From NCBI RefSeq assembly GCF_002077695.1, contig NZ_MWUE01000005.1, positions 39,265 through 63,264 on the forward strand: 24,000 nucleotides of DNA, read 5' to 3'. Positions 8,696-17,276 of the stretch are shown here, in pieces; position 1 is the first letter of the stretch, and the number at the start of each line of letters is the position of its first letter. Source of the DNA: Pantoea latae. GTDB lineage: Bacteria; Pseudomonadota; Gammaproteobacteria; Enterobacterales; Enterobacteriaceae. The notes beneath the pieces are model-generated. The model was given only the letters and a program-made list of their open reading frames with translations. It was not told the DNA's origin and made no database searches. The position numbers were made by a program, and so were the translations under genes.

Positions 8696-8710
8696 TGGAA
8701 AATTTCATTT
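8696..8710 (+). promoter_or_regulatory. Candidate IolR operator upstream of iolR (TGGAAAATTTCATTT)
   Basis: This 15-mer is identical to 13071-13085 in the iolD/iolC control region. It contains the palindrome GAAA-A-TTTC and lies 61 nt upstream of the iolR start. Confidence 0.35.
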
Positions 8711-8813
8711 GTTTGCGCTCACAGCGGGGTTTATTTCATCGGTTTATGAATTGCCTCACATAATGCAGGGAATGGGGGCGAAAAAGAGGAGAAAAGTAGA
8801 AGATAAAGTGGAT

Positions 8814-8845
8814 CTGCTTATCCTGCGCCCAGGCAGGATAAGCAG
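8814..8845 (-). terminator. Stem-loop downstream of iolE (probable end of the iolDGE transcript)
   Basis: A perfect 13-bp stem pairs CTGCTTATCCTGC (8814-8826) with GCAGGATAAGCAG (8833-8845) around a 6-nt loop, 20 nt after the iolE stop. On the minus strand it is followed by a T-rich tract (ATCCACTTTATCTTCTACTTTTCTCCTCTTTTT), but not by an immediate U-run. Confidence 0.5.
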
Positions 8846-8864
8846 AGTTGCGCAGCAGGCGCCT

Positions 8865-9761
8865 TTACAGCCCGGCGTGTTCGCGAATGTATTTACGCGC
8901 CTTCACCGCATATTCGAACGGGTTGGCCAGCGCCGGATCCTGTTCCGCTTCCACCACCATCCAGCCCTTATAGCCGTAGTCATCCAGAATCTTAAACACC
9001 GGCCTAAAATCGATGACGCCGTCGCCCGGCACGGTGAAGGTGCCTTTTTTCACGCCGTCGAGGAAGCACAGGTGATTATCGCGCACCTCTGCGACAATCT
9101 CGTCGCGCACATCTTTCAAATGAACGTGGAAAATGCGCGGCAGGTATTTTTGCAGCACGTCGAGCATCGCCTGCTGCGAGCCTTCGGAGTAGTAGATATG
9201 GCCGGTGTCATAGAGCAGGCCGACGTTGTCGTGGGTCAGCGCCATAAAGCGGTCGATCTCCTCCACGGTCTGAACGCCGGTGCCCATATGATGATGCAGC
9301 GTGACGCGCATCCCTTTGGCGGCGGCGATCTCCGCCAGCTCGTTATAGCCTTCGGCCGTCAGCCGCCACTCTTCGTCGCTGAAGATCGGCTTTTGCTCCA
9401 GCACCGGCAGCGTCGTGCCCTGAATGCTTTTGCTCTGCTCAGAGCAGCCGATGACGCGCGCGCCCATCGCATGCAGGAAATTCATATGGTTGACGAACTC
9501 GTCGATGGTTTTCGCCTTCTCGCCGTTGGCGAAGAAGGTGCTGAACCAGGCGTTGCAGATCTCAATGCCGCGAATATCGAGCATTGGCTTGAGGATCGCC
9601 GGATCGCGCGGGTATTTGCTGCCGACTTCGCTGCCGGTAAAGCCCGCCAGCGCCATCTCGCTCACCGTCTGCTGAAAGGTATTCTCTTTGCCCAGCTCCG
9701 GCATGTCGTCATTGGTCCAGCCAATTGGCGCGATGGCCAGTTTTACATTCTCTTTGTTCAT
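8865..9761 (-). CDS. iolE: Myo-inosose-2 dehydratase, IolE
   Basis: The product is 298 aa from ATG 9761 ([24 protein letters not shown]...), a xylose-isomerase-like TIM barrel with the characteristic IolE N-terminus. The track ORF start at 9803 adds 14 unlikely residues. Confidence 0.88.
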   Translation of the reverse strand: MNKENVKLAIAPIGWTNDDMPELGKENTFQQTVSEMALAGFTGSEVGSKYPRDPAILKPMLDIRGIEICNAWFSTFFANGEKAKTIDEFVNHMNFLHAMGARVIGCSEQSKSIQGTTLPVLEQKPIFSDEEWRLTAEGYNELAEIAAAKGMRVTLHHHMGTGVQTVEEIDRFMALTHDNVGLLYDTGHIYYSEGSQQAMLDVLQKYLPRIFHVHLKDVRDEIVAEVRDNHLCFLDGVKKGTFTVPGDGVIDFRPVFKILDDYGYKGWMVVEAEQDPALANPFEYAVKARKYIREHAGL

Positions 9762-9782
9762 CTGTGTCGTCCCGAGGGATCG

Positions 9783-9799
9783 GGGCGGCTGCGCCGCCC
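9783..9799 (-). other. GC-rich 7-bp stem-loop in the iolG-iolE intercistronic gap
   Basis: GGGCGGC (9783-9789) pairs with GCCGCCC (9793-9799) around a 3-nt loop. No U-run follows on the minus strand. Confidence 0.4.
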
Positions 9800-9817
9800 G
9801 CAAGGAAAGGGAAAGGC

Positions 9818-10834
9818 TTAGTGCTTGTCGTAGAAGGCGGGGCGCGGCGGCATTTCAACCGGCTCGATAGCGCCGCTCTGCTGCGCTTTCAGGCAGGCGT
9901 CGGCGGCCACCGAGGCGGCGAAGCCGTCCCAGGCGGACGGGCCGGTGAGTTCACCCGCCTTCACGTCGTTGATAAAGGCCTGCAGCTCGACGTCATACGC
10001 CTCGATAAAACGATCTTTCCAGTCGGTCAGAATGGTGGTGGAGAGTTTGGCGTCGCGGCGCAGCTGCACCGAGGCGGGTTCCGGCAGCTTAGCGATGCCG
10101 GTTTCACCAACCACTTCGCACTGGATGTCGTAGCCGTAGGCGCAGTTAACGAAGATCTCGACGTCGATGCGCACCCCTTTTTGCGTTTCGAACAGCACGA
10201 TTTGCGGATCTTTCAGGCGCGCGTGCGATTTCGAGGTGACGCGCGGGAACACCACCTGCACGCTTTTATAGTCGTCGTTGGTCAGCCAGCGCAGCACGTC
10301 CAGCTCATGGATCAGCGTGTTGGTGATCGCCATATCGGTGGTGTAGCTCTCCGGCACGCTGGGGTTGCGGTGCGCGCAGTGCAGCATCAGCGGCTCGCCG
10401 ATGCCGCCCTCGGTAATCACTTTCTTCAGGGCGCGATAGCCCGCGTCGTAAGGACGCATAAAGCCGACCTGCACCAGACGCTTGCCGTGTTTAACCTCGG
10501 CGTCCACCACGCGACGGCAGCCTTCCGCGCTCATCGCCAGCGGCTTTTCGCAGAACACCGGCTTGCCCGCGGCGATGGCCGCTAGCGTAAACTCTTCGTG
10601 GGTCGGATCCCAGGAGGTCACCAGAATCGCGTCCACCTCCGGCGACTGGATCACCTGATAGCCGTCGGCGTAAACCTCCGCCTCGATATTCAGACGCTGC
10701 AGCGCGGCGCGCGCGCCATCCACGTTGATATCTGACACCGCCACCACTTTTGCCCCCTGCAGGACATTGTTGCAGCGACGAATATGTTCCTGGCCGATCG
10801 CGCCGGCACCGATAACGCCAAGTTTCAAAGTCAT
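9818..10834 (-). CDS. iolG: Inositol 2-dehydrogenase (myo-inositol dehydrogenase), IolG
   Basis: The 338-aa Gfo/Idh/MocA oxidoreductase begins [20 protein letters not shown] (Rossmann GxGxxG) and contains FCEKPLA. It lies between iolD and iolE. Confidence 0.9.
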   Translation of the reverse strand: MTLKLGVIGAGAIGQEHIRRCNNVLQGAKVVAVSDINVDGARAALQRLNIEAEVYADGYQVIQSPEVDAILVTSWDPTHEEFTLAAIAAGKPVFCEKPLAMSAEGCRRVVDAEVKHGKRLVQVGFMRPYDAGYRALKKVITEGGIGEPLMLHCAHRNPSVPESYTTDMAITNTLIHELDVLRWLTNDDYKSVQVVFPRVTSKSHARLKDPQIVLFETQKGVRIDVEIFVNCAYGYDIQCEVVGETGIAKLPEPASVQLRRDAKLSTTILTDWKDRFIEAYDVELQAFINDVKAGELTGPSAWDGFAASVAADACLKAQQSGAIEPVEMPPRPAFYDKH

Positions 10835-10869
10835 AATTACACCTGTAGGGTTCGTATCGAGGAAGAAAG

Positions 10870-10887
10870 GGCCGGGCTCACCCGGCC
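10870..10887 (-). other. GC-rich 7-bp stem-loop in the iolD-iolG intercistronic gap (weak terminator-like)
   Basis: GGCCGGG (10870-10876) pairs with CCCGGCC (10881-10887) around a 4-nt loop. On the minus strand it is followed by CTTTCTTCC. Confidence 0.4.
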
Positions 10888-10892
10888 GGAAA

Positions 10893-12833
10893 TCAGTATT
10901 TGCGCGCCTGGTCGAGATGGGCGTTCAGCTTCTCCGCAACCGCCTGGGTGCGTTCTGATTCTGAAGCCTGCGCGACGCCGACGTGCCACCAGCTGAAATA
11001 TTTGTGCACCATGGTTTTCGGCAGCACTTTGATGTCGATAAGCGTAGAGACCGGCGATTGACGCGCCTCTTCCAGCGCAGTCTGCAACTGCTCCAGCGTT
11101 GTTACGCGCCAGGTTTTGCAGCCGTATCCCGCCGCGATGGCGGCGAAATCCACCGGCACGAAGCCGCCGTCGAGCTTGCCGCCTTCCGGGTTGCGGAAGC
11201 GAAACTCGGTGCTGAAGCTGTCCATGCCGTGCTCCATCTGCAGGTTGTTGATGCAGCCGTTGGTCATATTGTCGAACAGCACCACGTTGATCTTGGCGCG
11301 CTCCTGAATCGAGGTGACTAGCTCGGAGTGCAGCATCATAAATGAGCCGTCGCCCACCAGCGTGTAGACCTCGCAATGCGGCTGCGCCAGCTTCGCGCCC
11401 AGCGCGGCGTTCACCTCGTAGCCCATGCAGGAGTAGCCGTACTCAACGTGGTACGCGTTGTAGTCGCGGGTGCGCCAGACGCGCTGCAGATCGCCCGGCA
11501 GACTGCCCGCCGCCGCCACAATCACCGCATCCTTTGGGAGCTGTTCGTTTAGCGTGCCAAGCACGCGGCTCTGGGTGAGCACCGACTGCGTCAGACGATT
11601 GAATTCGGCGAACACCGCGTCGCGGTCGATATGGTCGGCGATTTCCGGAATAAAACCGTCGCCGCTGTATTCCACCTGATAGACGCGCTGCGTCTCTTTC
11701 AGCAGCTTGCTCTGCGCCTGCTCAATCTGGCTGCCCCAGTCGTTGCTGTAGTGTTTGTCCGCCAGACCAGCTTCCAGCGCCACGAGCGCTTCACGCGCGT
11801 CGGCCAGCAGCTGCACGCCGTCGAGCTTGTAGCTGTCGAAATTGCTGACGTTGACGTTAAGGAAGCTGACGTCAGGATGCTGGAAAATCCATTTCGACGC
11901 GGTGGTGAAGTCGGTGTAGCGCGTGCCGATGCCAATCACCAGATCCGCCTCTTTCGCCAGCAGGTTGGCGGCCAGACAGCCGGTCTCGCCCACGCCGCCG
12001 ACGTTAAGCGGATGATCGGAGACGATGGTGCCTTTGCCCGCCTGGGTTTCGGCGAAGGGGATCTGGTAGCGCTCGGCGAACTGGCGCAGCGCTTCGCCCG
12101 CCTCGGAATATTTCACGCCGCCGCCCAGCACGATCATCGGCTTGCGCTTGCGGCCGATCAGCGCCAGCGCGTCGTGAAGCTGCGCGGCGGTCGGCAGACG
12201 GCGATCGAGGCGGTGCACGCGTTTCTGAAAGAAGTAGTCCGGGAAGTCCCAGGCCTCGCCCTGCACGTCCTGCGGCAGCGCAATCGTCACCGCGCCGGTT
12301 TCGGCGGGATCGGTCAGCACGCGCATGGCGTTGATGCAGGCGGTCATCAGCTGTTCGGGACGGCTGACGCGATCCCAGTATTTGCTGACGGCGCGAAAGG
12401 CGTCGTTGGTGCTGATGCTGAGATCGTGGCTCTGCTCAATCTGCTGCAGCACCGGATCGGGCTGACGCGTCGCGAAGACGTCGCCCGGCAGCAGCAGTAA
12501 AGGAATGCGGTTGGCGGTGGCGGTGGCCGCGGCGGTGATCATATTGGCGGCGCCCGGCCCGACCGACGAGCTGCAGGCGATGATCTGGCGACGCAGCGAC
12601 TGTTTGGCGAAGCCCATCGCGGCGTGCGCCATGCCCTGTTCATTGCGGCCCTGATAAACAATCAGATCGCCGCTATCCTGCTCCAGCGCCTGTCCCAGCC
12701 CCAGCACGTTGCCGTGACCAAAGATGGCGAAGAGGCCTTTTACGAACTTCGTTTCCACGCCGTCAACGTCAAGATATTGATTATCAAGGAACTTAACCAG
12801 CGCCTGCGCGGTGGTCATTCTGATGGTGGTCAT
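10893..12833 (-). CDS. iolD: 3D-(3,5/4)-trihydroxycyclohexane-1,2-dione acylhydrolase (ThDP-dependent), IolD
   Basis: The product is 646 aa from ATG 12833 ([20 protein letters not shown]...), with AAAGGA 7 nt upstream. It shows acetolactate-synthase-like ThDP enzyme architecture, including the GDGSFMM ThDP-binding motif. The upstream start 12857 is less likely. Confidence 0.9.
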   Translation of the reverse strand: MTTIRMTTAQALVKFLDNQYLDVDGVETKFVKGLFAIFGHGNVLGLGQALEQDSGDLIVYQGRNEQGMAHAAMGFAKQSLRRQIIACSSSVGPGAANMITAAATATANRIPLLLLPGDVFATRQPDPVLQQIEQSHDLSISTNDAFRAVSKYWDRVSRPEQLMTACINAMRVLTDPAETGAVTIALPQDVQGEAWDFPDYFFQKRVHRLDRRLPTAAQLHDALALIGRKRKPMIVLGGGVKYSEAGEALRQFAERYQIPFAETQAGKGTIVSDHPLNVGGVGETGCLAANLLAKEADLVIGIGTRYTDFTTASKWIFQHPDVSFLNVNVSNFDSYKLDGVQLLADAREALVALEAGLADKHYSNDWGSQIEQAQSKLLKETQRVYQVEYSGDGFIPEIADHIDRDAVFAEFNRLTQSVLTQSRVLGTLNEQLPKDAVIVAAAGSLPGDLQRVWRTRDYNAYHVEYGYSCMGYEVNAALGAKLAQPHCEVYTLVGDGSFMMLHSELVTSIQERAKINVVLFDNMTNGCINNLQMEHGMDSFSTEFRFRNPEGGKLDGGFVPVDFAAIAAGYGCKTWRVTTLEQLQTALEEARQSPVSTLIDIKVLPKTMVHKYFSWWHVGVAQASESERTQAVAEKLNAHLDQARKY

Positions 12834-13070
12834 AGGCTTTTCCTTTACATGCTGCAACCTAATAGCAGGTTAGCGACGTGGCGTGTCGCGCAAGGCGACC
12901 GCAGGTAACTGAAACGTGAAGCGATTATAAACAAATATATTTTTCATAAAATACGATTACAGAAGAAACATTTCATTTTGCGAGTGAGATCAAATTTAGC
13001 CGTGAAACGGGTGTCAGCGGGGACCTCCGCCCGTGCGAAGTGAAACAGCAGACGAGAAGCGGGGCGAAAC

Positions 13071-13085
13071 TGGAAAATTTCATTT
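13071..13085 (+). promoter_or_regulatory. Candidate IolR operator in the iolD/iolC divergent region (TGGAAAATTTCATTT)
   Basis: This is an exact copy of 8696-8710. Confidence 0.35.
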
Positions 13086-13248
13086 CACTTCAGCGGCTTC
13101 CCTTTAAAGGCGGCGCGTGGCAACGATCGGCCTGGCATCCCTGATCGGCGGCGAAACGGGCGAGATTAAGCGGTCATAATGTCGAGGCGGCGCAGAGTTT
13201 TACCTGGTTCACAAAATCGCGATGGATGTTTCATTTCATATTGTATTT

Positions 13249-13262
13249 GGAATTTTTATTCC
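13249..13262. promoter_or_regulatory. GGAA-N6-TTCC palindrome (GGAATTTTTATTCC) upstream of iolC; candidate RpiR-type IolR site
   Basis: The inverted half-sites GGAA and TTCC are perfect with a 6-nt A/T spacer, 106 nt upstream of the iolC ATG. A TTTCATTT copy lies 13 nt upstream of it (13229-13236). Confidence 0.35.
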
Positions 13263-13367
13263 TCATACTCCCCACATCGCCAGTCTGGCAAGCGAAATAA
13301 CCCAGACGCACGCCGGGATAACGGCTCTACCCGCCGTGTCCGCTTATCACAGAAGGAAATCACAGGT

Positions 13368-15281
13368 ATGACTACACAACAGAAGCGGCTTGATGTGATT
13401 TGTATTGGACGCATCGCTGTCGACCTTTATGGTCAGCAAATTGGTGCGCGGCTGGAGGATATGAGCACCTTTGCCAAATATCTCGGCGGCTCCTCCGGCA
13501 ATGTCGCCTATGGCACCGCCATTCAGGGGCTGAAGTCGGCGATGCTGGCGCGCGTGGGCGATGAGCATAACGGTCGCTTTCTGCGCGAAGAGCTGAATCG
13601 CGTGGGGTGCAATACCGACGGACTGATTACCGATAAGCAGCGCCTGACGGGGCTGGTGATGCTGGGCATTAAGGATGAAGAGACCTTTCCGCTGATCTTC
13701 TACCGCGAGAACTGCGCGGATATGGGGCTGGTGCCAGAGGATATCGACGAGGCCTTTATTACCTCGTCGCGCGCGGTGGCCGTGACCGGCACCCATCTGT
13801 CGCATCCGCAGACGCGAGCCGCGGTGCTGAAAGCGCTGGATATCGCCAGGCGCAACGGCCTGCGCACCGCGCTGGATATTGACTATCGCCCGGTGCTATG
13901 GGGCCTGACCTCACTCGGCGACGGCGAAACGCGCTTTATCGAGTCGGATCAGGTAACGCGCCAGCTGCAGGAGGTGATGCACTACTTCGACCTGATTGTC
14001 GGCACGGAGGAAGAGTTTCATATCGCGGGCGGCAGCACCGATACGCTCGCGGCGCTGAAGAACGTGCGCCAGGCGACGCAGGCGACGCTGGTGTGCAAGC
14101 GCGGCCCGCTCGGCTGCGTGGTGTTTGAGGGGGAGATCCCCGACTCCTGGGATCAGACGCAGCTGCACAGCGGCGTGCGCGTCGAGGTGTTGAACGTGCT
14201 CGGCGCGGGCGACGCCTTTATGTCCGGCCTGCTGCGCGGCTGGCTTAACGACGAAGGCTGGACCCAGGCGTGCCGCTACGCCAACGCCTGCGGCGCGCTG
14301 GTGGTGTCGCGTCACGGCTGCGCGCCGGCGATGCCGACCAAAGCGGAGCTGGATGATTTCCTCAGCCGCGATAATGACGTGAAGCGTCCCGATCTCGACG
14401 CGCGACTTAATCATCTGCATCGCGTCACCACGCGCAAGCAGCCGTGGCCGGAGCTAAACGTTTTCGCCTTCGACCATCGCAAGCAGCTGGCTGACATGGC
14501 GCGCGAGGCGGGCGTGGACGACAGCAACATCCCGGCGCTGAAGGTGCTGCTGCTGAAAGCGGCGGAAGAGGCGGCGCGCGACGCCGGGCTGGAGAGCAAG
14601 AGCGGCATTCTGGCCGACACCACTTATGGACAGAAAGCGCTGAACGCCATCACCGGCAAAGGGTGGTGGATCGGGCGGCCGATTGAGCTGCCCGGCTCGC
14701 GTCCGCTGCGTCTGGAGCACGGCAATATCGGCTCGCAGCTGGTTGACTGGCCAGCCGAGCACGTTGTGAAATGTCTGGTGTTTTACCATCCGCACGACAG
14801 CGCCGAGATGCGCAAAGAGCAGGATGAGCTGGTGCTGGACGTCTGGCGCGGCTGCAACAAAAGCGGCCATGAGCTGCTGCTGGAAGTGATCCTGCCGGAG
14901 AGCAATCCCGATCGCGACGAAGCCCACTATCTGACTATGCTGAGCCATTTCTATCAGCTGGGCATTCAGCCCGACTGGTGGAAGCTGCCGCCGCTGTCGG
15001 CGGAGAGCTGGCAGGCGATCGGCAGCCTGATCGAGCAGCAGGATCCTCACTGTCGCGGCATTCTGCTGCTGGGGCTCGACGCGCCGGAAGAGAAGCTGAA
15101 AGCGGGTTTCGCCGCGGCGGCGCAGGCGCCCTGGGTGAAAGGCTTTGCGGTCGGACGCACTATCTTCGGCCAGCCGTCGCGCCAGTGGCTGCAGGGCGAG
15201 CTGGATGATGCGGCGCTGGTGGAGAAGGTGAAGGGCAACTATCTGCGGCTGATCGGCTACTGGCGCGACGCGCGCGGTTAA
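13368..15281 (+). CDS. iolC: Fused 5-dehydro-2-deoxygluconokinase (PfkB kinase, IolC) with a C-terminal DUF2090-type domain (proposed 5-dehydro-2-deoxyphosphogluconate aldolase, IolJ-like function)
   Basis: The product is 637 aa from ATG 13368 (MTTQQKRLDVICIGRIAVDLYGQQ...). The PfkB signature GAGDAFMSGLL and CGALVVSRHGC lie in the first ~330 aa. A second ~290-aa domain starts near 14406 (NHLHRVTTRKQPWPELNVFAFDHRKQL...). The 63-codon N-terminal extension in the track ORF (from 13179) covers the AT-rich operator region and is not credible. Confidence 0.85.
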   Translation: MTTQQKRLDVICIGRIAVDLYGQQIGARLEDMSTFAKYLGGSSGNVAYGTAIQGLKSAMLARVGDEHNGRFLREELNRVGCNTDGLITDKQRLTGLVMLGIKDEETFPLIFYRENCADMGLVPEDIDEAFITSSRAVAVTGTHLSHPQTRAAVLKALDIARRNGLRTALDIDYRPVLWGLTSLGDGETRFIESDQVTRQLQEVMHYFDLIVGTEEEFHIAGGSTDTLAALKNVRQATQATLVCKRGPLGCVVFEGEIPDSWDQTQLHSGVRVEVLNVLGAGDAFMSGLLRGWLNDEGWTQACRYANACGALVVSRHGCAPAMPTKAELDDFLSRDNDVKRPDLDARLNHLHRVTTRKQPWPELNVFAFDHRKQLADMAREAGVDDSNIPALKVLLLKAAEEAARDAGLESKSGILADTTYGQKALNAITGKGWWIGRPIELPGSRPLRLEHGNIGSQLVDWPAEHVVKCLVFYHPHDSAEMRKEQDELVLDVWRGCNKSGHELLLEVILPESNPDRDEAHYLTMLSHFYQLGIQPDWWKLPPLSAESWQAIGSLIEQQDPHCRGILLLGLDAPEEKLKAGFAAAAQAPWVKGFAVGRTIFGQPSRQWLQGELDDAALVEKVKGNYLRLIGYWRDARG

Positions 15282-15284
15282 AGA

Positions 15285-15320
15285 TAAAAAAACGGCGGGA
15301 ATATCCCGCCGTTTTTGTTT
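15285..15320. terminator. Bidirectional rho-independent terminator (iolC on +, dcrB on -)
   Basis: A 9-bp stem pairs ACGGCGGGA (15292-15300) with TCCCGCCGT (15304-15312) around a 3-nt loop. It is flanked by AAAAAAA upstream and TTTTTGTTT downstream. Confidence 0.8.
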
Positions 15321-15333
15321 GGGGCATAGTGCT

Positions 15334-15444
15334 AGCGCGGGCGGCATGGCGCGATCGCAAAGTCGCTTAAGGCTTCCCTGCTCGCTCGGCCCGCGCCTTC
15401 CCTGGCGCGGGACGCTTTGCTCTTCGCGCCATGCCGCCCACGCT
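15334..15444. repeat. 111-bp GC-rich extended palindromic element with 21-bp terminal inverted repeats (REP/MITE-like, family unknown)
   Basis: AGCGCGGGCGGCATGGCGCGA (15334-15354) matches the reverse complement of TCGCGCCATGCCGCCCACGCT (15424-15444) at 20 of 21 positions. Inside are further complementary segments (GCAAAG.../...CTTTGC) and a hairpin CCCGCGC-CTTCCCTG-GCGCGGG (15390-15411). The element is non-coding and lies between convergent iolC and dcrB. Confidence 0.5.
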
Positions 15445-15474
15445 TAAACTTCTCAGCCGTCTGTTAAAACCGCC

Positions 15475-16029
15475 TTATTTCAGCGTAATGCTCTGAACGA
15501 TGCTGTCCGCGTCGCTCTGCGCCTGCTGCTGGTTGTCGCCCGGCAGCGTAATCTGCAGCGTCAGCAGTTTGCCGTCGACCTTCGCCAGGATCACCGAGGA
15601 CCAGGAGGTCTGGTTATTGGCGGAAACCACGCTGTCCAGACGCTGCGCCGGCTGATCTTTCAGGGTAATCGCTTTGTCAGAGACCACCTGCAGCTGCGGA
15701 TCGCGGTTGCGCTGCTGCTGTTCCAGACGCTGCGCCAGCACATCCAGCCCTTCGCTGGTGGCGTCACCGGCGATGACGATCACGGCGCGCGCACCGGTTT
15801 CATCGGCGTAGACGTGCATATTGGTGGTCTGGTTGCCCAGCTTGCCGCTCTTGTCCGACATGCCGGCCGGCAGCGAGAAGCTCAGCTTGCCGTCCATCAG
15901 GGTCACGTTCTGCGCCGACTGGCTGGCGGTGGTGCCATTGCTGCCGGTCGCCTCATCTTTTTTCTGATCGCAGGCCGCCAGGCCCAGCACCAGCAAACCA
16001 ATACCCGCATATTTCACTAAGTTTCGCAT
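15475..16029 (-). CDS. dcrB: Periplasmic/inner-membrane lipoprotein DcrB
   Basis: The product is 184 aa from ATG 16029 ([20 protein letters not shown], lipobox LAAC), with an AAGGGA RBS. It is colinear with my recollection of E. coli DcrB ([38 protein letters not shown]). The track start 16092 is an unlikely extension. Confidence 0.9.
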   Translation of the reverse strand: MRNLVKYAGIGLLVLGLAACDQKKDEATGSNGTTASQSAQNVTLMDGKLSFSLPAGMSDKSGKLGNQTTNMHVYADETGARAVIVIAGDATSEGLDVLAQRLEQQQRNRDPQLQVVSDKAITLKDQPAQRLDSVVSANNQTSWSSVILAKVDGKLLTLQITLPGDNQQQAQSDADSIVQSITLK

Positions 16030-16146
16030 CTGAATCCCTTTATTTGATTCCAGTAAGGCGTTCATACAACTCGAATCAGGCGGCAAAATCAACCGCCCGA
16101 TTGTCAGCAGATCTTAGCGGGTGATGGCGAAATGCTCTATCTCCCG

Positions 16147-16812
16147 TTAGCCGAAATTGACCTGCGGCCGCTGCGAGCGCTCCGCCAGCCGTTTCAGCAT
16201 TGCATTGAGCAGCACGCCGTAGGCAGGCAGGAAGAACACCAGGCAGATCAGCACTTTGAAGCTGTAATCCACCAGCGCGATCTCGACCCAGTGCGTGGCC
16301 ATAAAGGGATCGGTGCTTTTATAAAAGGCGATAAAGAAGAAGGCGAGCGTATCGCTGATATTGCCGAGGAACATGGCGCAGCCGGGCGCGATCCACCACT
16401 GCGGCAGCTGGCGCAGGCGGTTAAAGACGTGAACGTCGAGGATCTGCCCAAGCGCATAGGCCATAAAGCTGGCGCAGGCGATGCGCGCGACGAACAGGTT
16501 AACGTTTTGCAGCGCCGCCAGGCCCTGCCACTGGCCCTGATAAAACAGGCTCGACACCAGATAGGAGACAAACAGCGCCGGGATCATCACCGCGAGGATA
16601 ATGCGGCGCGCCAGCGGAGCGCCGAAAATACGCACCGTCAGATCGGTCGCCAGAAAGATAAACGGGAAGCTGAACGCGCCCCAGGTGGTGTTGAAGCCAA
16701 ACACGGACACCGGCAGCTGCACCAGATAGTTACTGGAGATAATCACCAGCAGGTGAAACAGCGACAGCCAGACCAGCGCGTGCAGACGCTGACGCGAAGA
16801 AAATGCGATCAT
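16147..16812 (-). CDS. yhhQ: Queuosine-precursor (preQ0/preQ1) transporter YhhQ
   Basis: The 221-aa polytopic membrane protein contains long stretches identical to recalled E. coli YhhQ: WLSLFHLLVI, SSNYLVQLPVS, TTWGAFSFPFIFLATDLTVRIFGAPLARRII, ILDVHVFNRLRQ. Confidence 0.92.
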   Translation of the reverse strand: MIAFSSRQRLHALVWLSLFHLLVIISSNYLVQLPVSVFGFNTTWGAFSFPFIFLATDLTVRIFGAPLARRIILAVMIPALFVSYLVSSLFYQGQWQGLAALQNVNLFVARIACASFMAYALGQILDVHVFNRLRQLPQWWIAPGCAMFLGNISDTLAFFFIAFYKSTDPFMATHWVEIALVDYSFKVLICLVFFLPAYGVLLNAMLKRLAERSQRPQVNFG

Positions 16813-17012
16813 AATGGACCTTTTTCATATTGGGGTGAGGGAACCCATTGCCGCGCAAACCGAGCCTGCGCGACGGTACCGTATGTAAAAACCGCGGCAT
16901 CTTACCGCGTTGTGCTATTTACGCAATGGTTAATTTTAACGCAATCGTTCTCGTCTTGCGTCTGCGGGACGGCGCGCTAAAATGAGCGCCCCTGTTTAGA
17001 ACCGAGTGATTT

Positions 17013-17264
17013 ATGAGCGACAACTTCTCCCATGCCGACCATCAGCTGGATGCGCAGGGCCTGCGCTGCCCCGAGCCGGTCATGATGGTGCGTAAAACGG
17101 TCCGCACCATGCAGGACGGGGAAACGCTGCTGATTATCGCCGACGACCCGGCCACCACGCGCGACATTCCCGGCTTCTGCCGCTTTATGGAACACCGCCT
17201 GCTGGCGCAGCAGACCGAGACCCTGCCTTATCACTATCTGATCCAGAAGGGCCTCGGCGCCTGA
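17013..17264 (+). CDS. tusA: Sulfurtransferase TusA (tRNA 2-thiouridine synthesis / molybdenum cofactor sulfur carrier)
   Basis: The 83-aa product contains [15 protein letters not shown] (active-site Cys motif) and [21 protein letters not shown], near-identical to E. coli TusA. Confidence 0.95.
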   Translation: MSDNFSHADHQLDAQGLRCPEPVMMVRKTVRTMQDGETLLIIADDPATTRDIPGFCRFMEHRLLAQQTETLPYHYLIQKGLGA

Positions 17265-17276
17265 TCGTCGCGCGCC

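Noticed and set aside
8691-9821. A 376-aa + strand ORF antisense to iolE. Similar long antisense ORFs occur at 4498-5271, 5425-5913, 6251-6880, 9725-10585, 11631-12500, 13911-14420, 14454-15347, 18511-19434, 18969-19553 and 22258-23241.
   Set aside because: All lie opposite well-supported genes in very GC-rich DNA, where stop codons are rare. Their translations are low-complexity (R/A/H/G/L-rich), lack RBS and recognisable motifs, and often overlap each other. They are shadow ORFs.
13179-13367. A 63-codon N-terminal extension of the iolC ORF in the six-frame track.
   Set aside because: The extension covers the AT-rich operator region and translates to implausible sequence (MSRRRRVLPGSQNRDGCFISYC...). 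The conserved kinase N-terminus starts at ATG 13368 with an upstream GAAGGA.
16078-16098. A short hairpin (GGCGG-N9-CCGCC) between yhhQ and dcrB, as a yhhQ terminator.
   Set aside because: The stem is only 5 bp and has no adjacent U-run on the minus strand. The evidence is too weak to call.
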